NCBI GenBank assembly: GCA_040005235.1
Contig: JBDTZG010000028.1
Coordinates: 6,940-70,939 of the forward strand
Direction: 5' to 3'
DNA: 64,000 bases
Source: Acidobacteriota bacterium
Lineage (GTDB): Bacteria; Acidobacteriota; Thermoanaerobaculia; Multivoradales; UBA5704
Shown here: positions 29,060 through 38,910 of the stretch, piece after piece
Layout: the number at the start of each line of letters is the position of its first letter
Position numbering within the stretch: position 1 is the first letter of the stretch
Translations under genes and position numbers: made by a program
The notes under the pieces: model-generated
Databases searched by the model: none
Told to the model about the DNA's origin: nothing
Seen by the model: the letters and a program-made list of their open reading frames with translations, nothing else

Positions 29060-30850
29060 TTAACTCGCCACGGCCAATTCTGCAGGCCGGGGGAGCGCGG
29101 GAACCATCGTCGGCCGCCGTTCGCCGATCTGCTGGCGCCACATGGCGAAGTAGAGACCTTTCAAGGCGAGCAGCTCGTCATGGCGGCCCGATTCGACGAT
29201 CCGGCCGTGTTCCAGGACGTGGATGCGGTCGGCGTGCATGATGGTCGAAAGCCGGTGGGCGATCAGGATCGTGATGACCTGGCTCGACGCCACCTCGCGG
29301 ATCGTGTCGGTGATCTCTTCCTCGGTCAGCGAATCGAGCGACGAGGTCGCCTCGTCGAACACCAGCAGGCGCGGTCGGCGGAGAAGAGCGCGAGCGATCG
29401 ACAGCCGCTGCTTTTCGCCGCCGGAGACTTTGACGCCCCCTTCGCCGATCACCGTGTCGAGACCGCGGTCGGCGCGCGCGAGCAGGCTTTCGCAGGCCGC
29501 TTTGTGGAGGACTTCCAGGCACTCGTCGTCGGTCGCATCCGGATTCACGAACAGCAGATTCTCGCGGATCGATCCGGAGAACAGCTGGGTGTCCTGGGTG
29601 ACGAAGCCGATCTGTACCCGCAGTTCGTCGAGGTCGATCTCTTCGCCCGACTTGCCGTTGTAGAGGACCCGTCCCCGGCCCGGGGAGTAGAGACCGACCA
29701 GCAGCTTGACCAGCGTCGTCTTGCCCGAGCCGGAAGGGCCGACGAATGCAGCGGTCTCTCCCCGGTGCAGCGAGAACGAGATGTCGGAGAGCGCCGGGGC
29801 GGACGCGGTCTGGTGGGTGAAGCCGACGTTTTCGAAGTCGAGAGTGGTGAGCTGGCCCAAAGGAAGCGGATTCACCGGCTTCGCCTCGATCGGGGTGGCG
29901 AGCACGGTCTGGAACATCTCGAGCGACGCTTCCGTCTCGCGGTAGGTGTTGATCACCGTCCCCAGCTCCTGGAGCGGGCCGAAGATGAAGAAGGAGTAGA
30001 TGAACAGCGAGAAGAACTGCCCGACCGTGATCTGCTGGGTAAAGATCAGGTAGAGCATCAAGAACAGGATTGAGGTCCGCATCGCGTTGACCAGCGTCCC
30101 CTGGATGAAGCTCAACAGGCGGAGCGATTTAACCTTCTTGAGCTCCAGCTGGAGGATCTTCGCGGTCGTCGCATTCAGCCGGCCGATCTCTTGCCGCGCG
30201 AGGCCCAGGCTTTTGACCAGCTCGATGTTGCGCAGCGATTCGGTGGTCGCCCCGGCGAGCGCCGTAGTCTCGGCGACGATCACCTTCTGGATCTTCTTGA
30301 TCCGTTTCGACAGCACCGAACTCAAGATCCCGATCAACGGCACGGTGAGCAGATAGACCGGCGCGATGATCCAGTGCACGCTCGCGGCGTAGATCATCAC
30401 GAAGACCACGCCGACTAGCGTCGTGAACAACAGGTTGACCGCGATCGCGATCAGCTTTTCCACGTCCGACCGCACCTTCTGGAGACGTCCGAGCGTCTCG
30501 CCGCTCCGCTGGTCTTCAAACAGCGAGTAAGGCAGCTCCAGCGAATGGCGGACGCCGTCCGAATAGAGATCGGCACCGACCCGCTGAGTGACGACGTTGA
30601 CGAAATAGTCCTGGAAGTTCTTGGCCACGCGCGACACGAACGCCACACCGACCGCCGCGGCGAGCAGGAGCGACACGCCGCGGAAGAACTGCTCGGTGGT
30701 GTACTCGGAGTAACGAGTGGCGTATTCGTCGATGACGTGACGAAAAATCAGGGGATCGAGCAGAGAGAAGACCTGATTGATCGCCGCCAGCACCAGGGCG
30801 AGCACCACCAGACCCCAGTAGCGACGGAGGTAGGAGTAGAGAAGTTTCAT
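29060..30850 (-). CDS. ABC exporter, fused TMD-NBD (MsbA/type I exporter-like)
   Basis: Six-helix TMD, Walker A GPSGSGKTT, signature VSGGEKQRLSIARAL and Walker B LLVFDEATSSLD. Confidence 0.9.
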   Translation of the reverse strand: MKLLYSYLRRYWGLVVLALVLAAINQVFSLLDPLIFRHVIDEYATRYSEYTTEQFFRGVSLLLAAAVGVAFVSRVAKNFQDYFVNVVTQRVGADLYSDGVRHSLELPYSLFEDQRSGETLGRLQKVRSDVEKLIAIAVNLLFTTLVGVVFVMIYAASVHWIIAPVYLLTVPLIGILSSVLSKRIKKIQKVIVAETTALAGATTESLRNIELVKSLGLARQEIGRLNATTAKILQLELKKVKSLRLLSFIQGTLVNAMRTSILFLMLYLIFTQQITVGQFFSLFIYSFFIFGPLQELGTVINTYRETEASLEMFQTVLATPIEAKPVNPLPLGQLTTLDFENVGFTHQTASAPALSDISFSLHRGETAAFVGPSGSGKTTLVKLLVGLYSPGRGRVLYNGKSGEEIDLDELRVQIGFVTQDTQLFSGSIRENLLFVNPDATDDECLEVLHKAACESLLARADRGLDTVIGEGGVKVSGGEKQRLSIARALLRRPRLLVFDEATSSLDSLTEEEITDTIREVASSQVITILIAHRLSTIMHADRIHVLEHGRIVESGRHDELLALKGLYFAMWRQQIGERRPTMVPALPRPAELAVAS

Positions 30851-30952
30851 AGGCGAACTATATAGGATGTGGGGGCCTTGGGCCGATGCCCGCCGGCCTC
30901 AGGTGCTACGTTGGCTCAGGGGGAAGTGCCAGTGCGTGGACGCCGTTCGAGC

Positions 30953-31561
30953 TCAGGCGAGGTCATTCTCGCCTCCGATCACGAAGAGCTTCAGCTGGGA
31001 GGCGATGCGCGCGACAAAGGAGTCGTTGCGGGCGCGCTTGCCGCGCCATTCCGCGCGCGTCATCACGGTGGGATGGACCGGCCGGGAGAGGTGAGCCTCC
31101 GTAGGTTCGAGGGCGGCAAAGACATCGGCGTATTCTAGGTCGTCGCTCAATACCAGAAGGTCGAGATCGCTGTGAGCCCGGTCGCTCCCCTTCGCGAGTG
31201 AGCCATAGACGAAGGCTGCCGCAATGCGACGGCTGAGCGGTTCGAGGGCGGCGCGGATCGGCTCGACGATTCCGACGGTCTTTTCGACCAAGCCACGCAG
31301 CTCCGGGAAGATCGGCGACTTCGGGTCGGCCTGGTAGTACTTTTGATTTCCCGCGTGGGTGGCGAGGACGAGGCCGCTCGCTTCGAGTCTTTGGAGCTGA
31401 CGATGCACGGCGCCGGTGCCGCTGTCGGCGAGGCGAATCAGCTCGGCGCTCTGGAATCGCCTTTCGGGTTGTCCGAAGAGAAGGCCCAACACCCGCTGTT
31501 GAACCGGGGTGAACAGCGCTGCGGCGAGCCCGCTATCGGTGTTTTCTACGACCGTTCCCAT
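30953..31561 (-). CDS. winged-helix (ArsR-like) + nucleotidyltransferase (MNT-like) fusion protein
   Basis: ATG 31561 (MGTVVENTD). wHTH region FQSAELIRLADSGTGAVHRQLQRLEASGLV, then FVYGSLAKGSDRAHSDLDLLVL (GS...DxD). Confidence 0.65.
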   Translation of the reverse strand: MGTVVENTDSGLAAALFTPVQQRVLGLLFGQPERRFQSAELIRLADSGTGAVHRQLQRLEASGLVLATHAGNQKYYQADPKSPIFPELRGLVEKTVGIVEPIRAALEPLSRRIAAAFVYGSLAKGSDRAHSDLDLLVLSDDLEYADVFAALEPTEAHLSRPVHPTVMTRAEWRGKRARNDSFVARIASQLKLFVIGGENDLA

Positions 31562-31700
31562 AATGGGAATGATCCTACCCGAATTGGGAACGATTGTCGT
31601 CCCGCGACTCAACAACCGACACCCGCCCGCTTCCGGCCCCAAGGGGGTTAAGGCCGGGGGGCGGACGGGTGTCGCACTGCGGAACCTACGTTTCCTGCGG

Positions 31701-32975
31701 TCAGTCCATCTGCTTGCGCAGCACGGTCGGGATGTCGTAGTCGTCGACGTTCGACCAGTTCGGGCCGAAGCCGCCCGGATCTTCGCCGCGGCCTTGGGCG
31801 ATCACCTTGCGGTAGAACGGCACGTCCATCTCCGGCTCGGGCTCCGAACGGTCGAAGACCGGCGCTGCGGCGAGGCTCTGGACCGGCGAAATCGGCGAGA
31901 GGTTCTGCGGCGGCACCGCCATCGGCCGGTGGACGCCGAGGACGGGATTGGCCCGGGCGCGCAGGCCCTCGACCCGGTCGAAGCCGGTCGCGATCACGGT
32001 GACCTTCATCGCGTCGTCGAGCGTCGGGTCGATCACCATGCCGGTGATGATGTTGGCGTCCGGATCGACCGCTTCCTGAATGATCCGGGCCGCTTCGTTC
32101 ACCTCGTGGAGGGTGAGGTCGTGGCCGCCGGAGATGTTGATCAACACCCCCTTGGCCCCCTGGATCGAGGTCTCTTCGAGCAGCGGCGACGAGACCGCGC
32201 GCTGCGCCGCCTCGATCGCCCGGCTCTCGCCGCGGGCGATGCCGGTGCCCATCAACGCCATTCCCATGCCGGTCATGATCGTCCGTACGTCGGCGAAATC
32301 GACGTTGATCTCGCCCGGCACCGTGATCAAGTCGCTGATGCCCTGCACCGCCTGGCGCAGCACGTCGTCGGCGATCCGGAACGCCTCGGTGAGCGGCGTA
32401 CCGCGCTCGACGAAGTTGAGCAGGCGCTCGTTCGGAATCGTGATCAGCGTGTCGACCGACGCGCGCAGCTCTTCCACCCCCCGCTCGGCGAGCTGCATCC
32501 GGCGGCGTCCTTCGAAGCCGAAGGGCTTGGTGACGATCGCCACCGTCAGCGCACCGATTTGCGCCGCGAGCGAGGCGAGGATCGGCACCGCGCCGGTTCC
32601 CGTGCCGCCGCCCAGGCCGGCGGTCAGGAACACCATGTCCGCGCCGTCGAGCACTTCCAAAATCCGCTCGGAGTCTTCCAGAGCGGACTTCCTGCCCACC
32701 TCCGGATCTGCGCCCGCGCCGAGGCCTTTGGTCAACAGGGTGCCGAGCTGGATTTTGGTCCGTGCCCGGCACTTGGCGAGAGCTTGGAGGTCGGTGTTGG
32801 CGGCCACAAATTCGATGCCGCGCAAATTGGCATCGATCATCCGGTTGACCGCGTTACCGCCCCCGCCACCCACGCCGATGACCTTGATCCGAGCGGGAAC
32901 GATGTCGAGGCTCTGCATCACGATCGTGTGCTCGAGCTCCTCGTTCGCTGCATCCTGGTCGTCGAAGAGAATCAT
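31701..32975 (-). CDS. ftsZ: cell division GTPase FtsZ
   Basis: Tubulin signature [10 protein letters not shown] and conserved C-terminal peptide [11 protein letters not shown]. Confidence 0.97.
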   Translation of the reverse strand: MILFDDQDAANEELEHTIVMQSLDIVPARIKVIGVGGGGGNAVNRMIDANLRGIEFVAANTDLQALAKCRARTKIQLGTLLTKGLGAGADPEVGRKSALEDSERILEVLDGADMVFLTAGLGGGTGTGAVPILASLAAQIGALTVAIVTKPFGFEGRRRMQLAERGVEELRASVDTLITIPNERLLNFVERGTPLTEAFRIADDVLRQAVQGISDLITVPGEINVDFADVRTIMTGMGMALMGTGIARGESRAIEAAQRAVSSPLLEETSIQGAKGVLINISGGHDLTLHEVNEAARIIQEAVDPDANIITGMVIDPTLDDAMKVTVIATGFDRVEGLRARANPVLGVHRPMAVPPQNLSPISPVQSLAAAPVFDRSEPEPEMDVPFYRKVIAQGRGEDPGGFGPNWSNVDDYDIPTVLRKQMD

Positions 32976-33034
32976 GCGTTACCCCCTTGGTTCGATTTTC
33001 CGCTGCGTTTCATTCTTCGATTCCGAGTCAATTC

Positions 33035-34279
33035 CTAGAGCAGATCCGAGAACATGCCGCGCAGGCTCCCCATCACGCCGCGCACGCTAAAGCCTGCCTT
33101 CTTCTTCTGAGCTTTGCCCTGCCGCGATTCTTCCGCCGCGAGGCCGTAGAGCAAGAGTCCCGAGGCGGTCGACCAGCTCGGGTTGCTGATCACGTCGACC
33201 AGGCCGCCGAGCCCGCGCGGCAGGCCGTAGCGGACACCGGCGTCGAACATCTGCTCGGTCAGTTCGAGCAAACCGTCGAGCTGCGCGCCGCCTCCCGTCA
33301 AGACCACGCCGCCGCGCAGGGAGTCCTCCGAGGCGTGGCGCATCAGATCCTCGCGCAGCAGGCCGAAAAGCTCCTCGGCGCGCGGCTGAAGGATCTCGCA
33401 CAGCTCGCGGCGCGGCACCACGCGCGAGGAGCCTCCGGCGACCGTGGGGACCGAGATCCCTTCGTCGTCGGTGACCATGCTCGCCATGCAGCAGCCGTGT
33501 TTGGTCTTGATCTTTTCGGCTTCGGCAAACGGCGTGCGCAGCACCATCGCGATGTCGTTGGTGAAATGGCCCGCGCCGATCGGCGCCACCGCGCTGTATT
33601 GGATCTCGCCGTCGGCGAACAGGGCGTATTCGGTGGTGCCGGCGCCCACGTCGATCAACAGCGAGCCGAGCTCTCGCTCGTCCGGCGTCAGCACCGCCTC
33701 GGCGGTCGCGAGCGGCTCGAAGACCATCTCGATCACCTCGATGCCCGCGCGGTTGACGCAGGTGAGCAAGGTTTTCGAGCGGGTGATGTTGCCGGTCACG
33801 AGGTGGACCATCACCTCCAGGCGGCTGCCCAGCATGCCGAGCGGATCGCCAATTCCCCCCTGCTCGTCGACCAGGAACTCCTGCGGGATGGCGTGCAGGA
33901 TCTCGCGGTCGGAGGGGAGCGCCGCGGACTTTGCCGCGTCGAGCACGCGTTGGATGTCCGGCCGCGCGATTTCGCGATCCTTGCGCGCCACGGAGACCAT
34001 GCCGCGCGAGTTGACGCTCCGGATGTCGGCGCCCGAGATGCCCACGTAGGCGCGCGAGATCTCCTGGCCGGCCATCACCTCGGCCTCCTCGCTCGCCGCC
34101 TTGAGCGCCTCGACGGTCGCCTCGACGTTGACGATGTTGCCCTTGCGCGTGCCGCGATTGGGCGCAAGGCCCTTGCCCACGACCTCCAGGCCGCCTTTGG
34201 CGTCCCTTTGGCCGATGAGCACGCCCACTTTGGACGACCCGATGTCGATCGCTACGAAATACGGTTCCGGTTTCGCCAT
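33035..34279 (-). CDS. ftsA: cell division protein FtsA
   Basis: Actin-like ATPase pattern (VAIDIGSSKV...DVGAGTTE...) positioned between ftsQ and ftsZ. Confidence 0.95.
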   Translation of the reverse strand: MAKPEPYFVAIDIGSSKVGVLIGQRDAKGGLEVVGKGLAPNRGTRKGNIVNVEATVEALKAASEEAEVMAGQEISRAYVGISGADIRSVNSRGMVSVARKDREIARPDIQRVLDAAKSAALPSDREILHAIPQEFLVDEQGGIGDPLGMLGSRLEVMVHLVTGNITRSKTLLTCVNRAGIEVIEMVFEPLATAEAVLTPDERELGSLLIDVGAGTTEYALFADGEIQYSAVAPIGAGHFTNDIAMVLRTPFAEAEKIKTKHGCCMASMVTDDEGISVPTVAGGSSRVVPRRELCEILQPRAEELFGLLREDLMRHASEDSLRGGVVLTGGGAQLDGLLELTEQMFDAGVRYGLPRGLGGLVDVISNPSWSTASGLLLYGLAAEESRQGKAQKKKAGFSVRGVMGSLRGMFSDLL

Positions 34280-34290
34280 AGGCTCGACCC

Positions 34291-35238
34291 TCAGCTTGCC
34301 AATCTCGAAGCGGCTTCTTCCGAGCGCGCGCCGGCCGACGCGCCTTCAGCCGCAGGTTGCACCACGATCCGGTGGGAGAAGCGCAGATCCACGGCCGCGA
34401 GGGTGGGATACCGCTCGGCGAGCCGGGGGAGCAACGTCTCCAACCGGTGGACTTTGTCGATCACATCGCCGTCGCGGACCAGCAGCGGAAAAGGCAAAAC
34501 GCCGATCCGCAGACGGAAATCTTCCTCGCCCAACACCTCGATCTCAGCCAGGCGCGCGGCCCAGTCGGGATTTGCCTTGCCCAGCTCGGCGGCGACGCCG
34601 AGCGCACGGGCCACGCCATTGGGAACCGGCGTGGCGAAACTGACCACCAGAAAGCCACCCGCCGCCCTCGGCGCCCCCGGGCCCCCCGGCCCGACACTCG
34701 ATTCGGCCAAAGCGCGCTCGCGGGCGATCTCCTGCGCCGCCTCCGCCGCGGAAAGCGGCGCGATCGCCTTGCCGGCAGCATCGGCCCAGAACAGGCGACC
34801 GCCGCTGCGCAAGAAGACCGCGGGCTTCTTCTCGGACACCCGGACCACCAGCCGGCCCGGCAATTCCTTGGCGATCTCCAACGAATCGACCCAGGGGTGG
34901 ACCGACAGACGTTCCGCCGCCGCCGACAGCGGCAGCAACGGCAGATTGCGGCCGAGGAGAGGCGCGAGGCGGGCGCGAATCCAGCTCTCGCCCACCCGGC
35001 CGGCCCCTTCGATCTTGATCTCGGAGAGGGCGAACTGCGGCGCGGTAGCCACCCAGAATCCCCCCGCAAGCGGCACCCCGAGGATCGCGAGAGCGGAGCC
35101 CAAGGGGCGCATCAGCTTGCGCCATAGGCTCCGGCGCTTCCGCTTCGGCGGACCCTGGGAGCGGCGGAACGGGATCACGTTGCCGCCCGGGCCGTCCCCT
35201 TCCGCATGGCCTGCGGCTCCGAAGCCGTCGTGCTTCAT
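34291..35238 (-). CDS. ftsQ: cell division protein FtsQ (POTRA domain)
   Basis: Basic N-terminus, a single TM, and a POTRA-like region (FALSEIKIEGAGRV...). Its position fits. ATGA overlap with the murC stop. Confidence 0.8.
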   Translation of the reverse strand: MKHDGFGAAGHAEGDGPGGNVIPFRRSQGPPKRKRRSLWRKLMRPLGSALAILGVPLAGGFWVATAPQFALSEIKIEGAGRVGESWIRARLAPLLGRNLPLLPLSAAAERLSVHPWVDSLEIAKELPGRLVVRVSEKKPAVFLRSGGRLFWADAAGKAIAPLSAAEAAQEIARERALAESSVGPGGPGAPRAAGGFLVVSFATPVPNGVARALGVAAELGKANPDWAARLAEIEVLGEEDFRLRIGVLPFPLLVRDGDVIDKVHRLETLLPRLAERYPTLAAVDLRFSHRIVVQPAAEGASAGARSEEAASRLAS

Positions 35239-36656
35239 GACGCGGCCTCCACTTCCGCTGGAACCGTTTCCGCCACCAGCTCGCGGCCCAGTTTGTAGAT
35301 GTCGCCGGCTCCGAGCGTGAGCACCAGATCGCCCGGCGCGACCTCCGCGGCGAGCACTCCATGGGCGTCGTGCCAGGAGGGGCAGTAGACGACGTTGCGG
35401 TGACCGCTCTTCGTCGCCTCTTCGACCACCCGCTCGCCGGTGACTCCCGGGATCGGCTGCTCGCGCGAGGCGTAGACGTCGGTGACCACCGCGCGGTCGG
35501 CGCCCAGGAGCGCGCGGCCGAACGCCTCAGCCTGGTCCTGGGTGCGCGAATAGAGATGCGGCTGGAACACGGCGTGGACCTTGCCGCGCGGGAAGCTCTG
35601 GCGTGCCGCTTCGAGGGTGGCCGTCACCTCCGTCGGGTGGTGCGCGTAGTCGTCGACCACGGTAGCGCCGCGCCAGGTGCCGATCGTCTCGAACCGGCGG
35701 TGCACCCCTTTGAACGTCGCGATCGCCGCTGCGATCGCGGCGAATTCAAGCCCCAGCACAAGGCCGATGCCGATCGCGGCGAGCGCGTTTCGGACGTTGT
35801 GGCGGCCGGGCATCGGCAGCTCGATCGAACCCAGCAGGCCGCGCTCCCGGCTGCGCACGCCGAAGCGGACGCCGCCCGAGGCTCCGAAGGTCGGCTCCAT
35901 ATCGACCGCCGCGAGATCGGCCTGCGGCGCGAAGCCGTAGGTGATGATTCGGCGCTCGGCGATCCGCGGCAGGATGGTCTGGACGTTCGCGTCATCCAGG
36001 CAGACCAGCACCCGGCCGAAGAACGGCACCCGGTTGGCGAACGCCACGAACGCGTCGAGGATCGCCTCCATCGTGCCGTAGGTGTCCAGGTGGTCGCGGT
36101 CGATGTTGGTGAGCACCGCGACGATCGGCGCGAGGGTCAAGAAGCTGCGATCGAACTCGTCGGCCTCGGCCACCAGGTACTGGCTGTGGCCCAGGCGGGC
36201 CCCGGTGCCGAGTACCCGGACTCTGCCGCCGACGATGACCGTCGGGTCGAGCCCCGCCTCGGTGAGCACGTGGCCGACCAGCGAGGTGGTGGTCGTCTTG
36301 CCGTGGGTGCCGGCGATCGCGAGGCCGTATTTGAGGCGCATCAGCTCGGCGAGCATCTCGGCGCGGCGGACCACCGGAATGCCGCGTCGCCGCGCCTCGC
36401 GGATCTCCGGGTTCTCTTCCGGCACGGCCGAGGAGACCACCACCACGTCGGCGCGGTCGACGTTTTCGGTCGCGTGGCCGATCTGGATCGTCGCGCCGAG
36501 CGAGGCGAGCCGCTCGGTCGCTTCGCCTCCGGCCTGATCGCTGCCCGAGACCTCCAGGTCGTATTCGAGCAGGATCTCGGCGATGCTGCTCATCCCGGCG
36601 CCGCCGATGCCGACGAAATGAATGCGCGAGAGGTCGGCGAATTGGGCGAAGCTCAT
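35235..36656 (-). CDS. murC: UDP-N-acetylmuramate--L-alanine ligase
   Basis: IHFVGIGGAGMS N-terminus and the Mur ligase motif GTHGKTTT. Confidence 0.95.
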   Translation of the reverse strand: MSFAQFADLSRIHFVGIGGAGMSSIAEILLEYDLEVSGSDQAGGEATERLASLGATIQIGHATENVDRADVVVVSSAVPEENPEIREARRRGIPVVRRAEMLAELMRLKYGLAIAGTHGKTTTTSLVGHVLTEAGLDPTVIVGGRVRVLGTGARLGHSQYLVAEADEFDRSFLTLAPIVAVLTNIDRDHLDTYGTMEAILDAFVAFANRVPFFGRVLVCLDDANVQTILPRIAERRIITYGFAPQADLAAVDMEPTFGASGGVRFGVRSRERGLLGSIELPMPGRHNVRNALAAIGIGLVLGLEFAAIAAAIATFKGVHRRFETIGTWRGATVVDDYAHHPTEVTATLEAARQSFPRGKVHAVFQPHLYSRTQDQAEAFGRALLGADRAVVTDVYASREQPIPGVTGERVVEEATKSGHRNVVYCPSWHDAHGVLAAEVAPGDLVLTLGAGDIYKLGRELVAETVPAEVEAAS

Positions 36657-37828
36657 CGCGACCCTCCCGATCCGGTGGCTGCGGCGGGCCGCGCCACGGC
36701 TTCCAGCGCGTCGGCGATCGCCGCGACGGCGCGCGGCTTGGAGAGCGACCGGGCAGCCGCCGCCCGGCGCGCCAGGCCTTCCCGATCCGCCAACAGGTCG
36801 ATCAATTTATTTGCGAGCCGGGCGGCCAAGCGCTCGGCGAACGGCTCTCCCGACTCGCTGGAATCGCCTTCGACCAGCACCTCCGCCGCTCCCGCCCGTT
36901 CGAGCAGACGAGCGTTTTCGATCTGGTGCCCCTTGGCGATCGTAAGCGGCAGGAACAGCGCCGGCCGACCCGCGGCGCAGATCTCGGCGACCGTCACCGC
37001 CCCGGCGCGCGAAACGATCAGATGGCTCTGGGAGAGTGCCGAGGCGACGTCCTCGATGAACGGCACGACGGAGACCCGCGCGAGCAACGCGTCGTCGAGC
37101 CCCGCCGCGCGATAGGCGGCGAGCGTCTCGTCGACGTTCTTGCCCCCGGCCTGGTGGCGGATCGAAAGATCGGGGATCTCGGTCAGCAGCCGGCGGGCGG
37201 CCTCCGGCATCGCCCGGTTGACCTGGCGCGCCCCCTGGCTGCCGCCGAGCACCAGCAGCCGCGGCGGTCCGGCCGGCAGGTCGGCCGCAATCTCGAAGAA
37301 CGCTTCGCGCACCGGCACGCCGGTCACCGTGGAGCGGCAGGCGAGATCGCGGCGGGTGTCTTCGAAAGCGACGGCCGCCGCGGTGGCACAGCGCGCGAGC
37401 ATCCGATTTGCCACTCCGGCTCGGGCGTTCAGCTCCAGCAGCAGGATCGGCCGTCCGGCGAGGCGCGCGCCGACCACCGCGGGCGCCGAGGCGTAGCCGC
37501 CGGTTCCAAGCACCGCGTCGACGTCGAGCCGCTTTACCAATGCGCGCGCCGCCACACTCGACCGGACCAGTGTGGCGAGGGCGCCGATCTTCGCGCCGAC
37601 GCCCCGGCCGAGGAACGCTTTGGCCGGCAACGGATGAAACGGCCAGCCCTCCTGCGGCACCAGGCGCGCTTCGAGGCCCGCGGCCGAACCGGCGTAGCTG
37701 ATGGTCCAGCCGCGCGACGCCAGCTCCCGGCCGACGGCGATCGCCGGGAAGACGTGGCCCCCCGTGCCGCCCCCTGCGAGCAGGGCGTGGCGGGGGCGCG
37801 CGGCGGAGGCGGAGGTCGCTTCGCTCAT
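36653..37828 (-). CDS. murG: undecaprenyldiphospho-muramoylpentapeptide beta-N-acetylglucosaminyltransferase
   Basis: LLAGGGTGGHVFPA motif. Start trimmed to ATG 37828, an ATGA overlap with the ftsW stop. The longer track ORF is read-through. Confidence 0.93.
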   Translation of the reverse strand: MSEATSASAARPRHALLAGGGTGGHVFPAIAVGRELASRGWTISYAGSAAGLEARLVPQEGWPFHPLPAKAFLGRGVGAKIGALATLVRSSVAARALVKRLDVDAVLGTGGYASAPAVVGARLAGRPILLLELNARAGVANRMLARCATAAAVAFEDTRRDLACRSTVTGVPVREAFFEIAADLPAGPPRLLVLGGSQGARQVNRAMPEAARRLLTEIPDLSIRHQAGGKNVDETLAAYRAAGLDDALLARVSVVPFIEDVASALSQSHLIVSRAGAVTVAEICAAGRPALFLPLTIAKGHQIENARLLERAGAAEVLVEGDSSESGEPFAERLAARLANKLIDLLADREGLARRAAAARSLSKPRAVAAIADALEAVARPAAATGSGGSR

Positions 37829-38910
37829 CCGTGTTGCGACAGGTTGAGCAGCACGCCGCAGGCGGTCATCGTGACCACCAGAGACGAGCCGCCGTAAGAG
37901 ATGAACGGCAGCGGAATGCCCTTGGTCGGCAGAAGCGCGAGCGCCACGCTGATGTTCAAGAGCGCCTGGAGCACGAGGACGATCGTGAAGCCCCAGGCGA
38001 GATAGCGGCCGAAGGCGTCCGGCGCCTTGGCCCCCGCGACATAGCCGCGCCAAGCGACGATCCCGAACAGGCCGATCACGAACAGCGCGCCGGCCATCCC
38101 CAGCTCTTCGCAGACGATCGCGTAGACGAAATCCGATTCCGGATGCGGCAGGAACCACAATTTCTGCAGGCTCTGCCCGGCGCCGAGCCCGAATGCGCCG
38201 CCCGAGCCGATCGCGATCAGCGATTGGAGCGCCTGGAAGCCCGAGCCGAGCGGATCGCGCTCGGGATCGAGAAAGGCGAAGAAGCGCTCTCTGCGATAGG
38301 GCACCGCGATCACCAGCGCGTAGAGGAGCGGCACCGCGAGCGCGAAGCCGCCGACCACGTAGCGCCAGGAGAGCCCGGCGAGGAAAAGCAGGAAGAAGAC
38401 CGTGCTGCCGAGCAGCACCGCGGTGCCGAAGTCCGGCTGGATCAAGATCAGACCGCAGACCAGGCCGCAGCCGAGCGCGATCGGCAGCAGCAGGTCGCGC
38501 TGGTTCACCCGATCGAGCTTCCGCGAGATCTGGTAGGCGGCGAACGGGATCAGCGCGAGCTTCGCGATCTCCGACGGCTGGATCGAGATCGGCCCGAGCA
38601 GGAACCAGCGTTGGGTGCCGTTCAGATGGCCGGAGAAGAGGACGGCGACCAGCAGTAACGTGATGCTCGCGAGCAGGCCATAGACCACCTCCGCCCGGCG
38701 CAGCACCCGGTAGTCGATGTGCATCACGACTGCCATCGCGACCAGACCGATGATCCCGGCGATCGACTGCTTGAGCAGGAACGGATTGATCCCCGCGGCG
38801 CGGTCGCGGGCGATCGCCGCGCTCGCCGAATAGACCATCACCAGGCCGAAGCCCGCGAGCAGGGCGACCGCGCCGAACAGCAGCTTGTCGTAGGCGAGCT
38901 TTTTGGCCAT
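37825..38910 (-). CDS. ftsW: SEDS-family lipid II flippase/peptidoglycan polymerase FtsW
   Basis: [18 protein letters not shown]..., 10-TM SEDS pattern, and ...LPTKGIPLPFISYGGSS. Confidence 0.93.
   Translation of the reverse strand: MAKKLAYDKLLFGAVALLAGFGLVMVYSASAAIARDRAAGINPFLLKQSIAGIIGLVAMAVVMHIDYRVLRRAEVVYGLLASITLLLVAVLFSGHLNGTQRWFLLGPISIQPSEIAKLALIPFAAYQISRKLDRVNQRDLLLPIALGCGLVCGLILIQPDFGTAVLLGSTVFFLLFLAGLSWRYVVGGFALAVPLLYALVIAVPYRRERFFAFLDPERDPLGSGFQALQSLIAIGSGGAFGLGAGQSLQKLWFLPHPESDFVYAIVCEELGMAGALFVIGLFGIVAWRGYVAGAKAPDAFGRYLAWGFTIVLVLQALLNISVALALLPTKGIPLPFISYGGSSLVVTMTACGVLLNLSQHG

Noticed and set aside
28464-29141. 225-aa minus-strand ORF spanning the minisatellite
   Set aside because: Its repetitive translation derives from the 20-bp repeat, and that period is not divisible by 3. 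It overlaps the ABC exporter's 3' end and is not credible coding sequence.
31509-35320. Plus-strand ORFs of 509, 336 and 777 aa across ftsZ, ftsA and ftsQ
   Set aside because: They are antisense to canonical division genes and have a biased composition.
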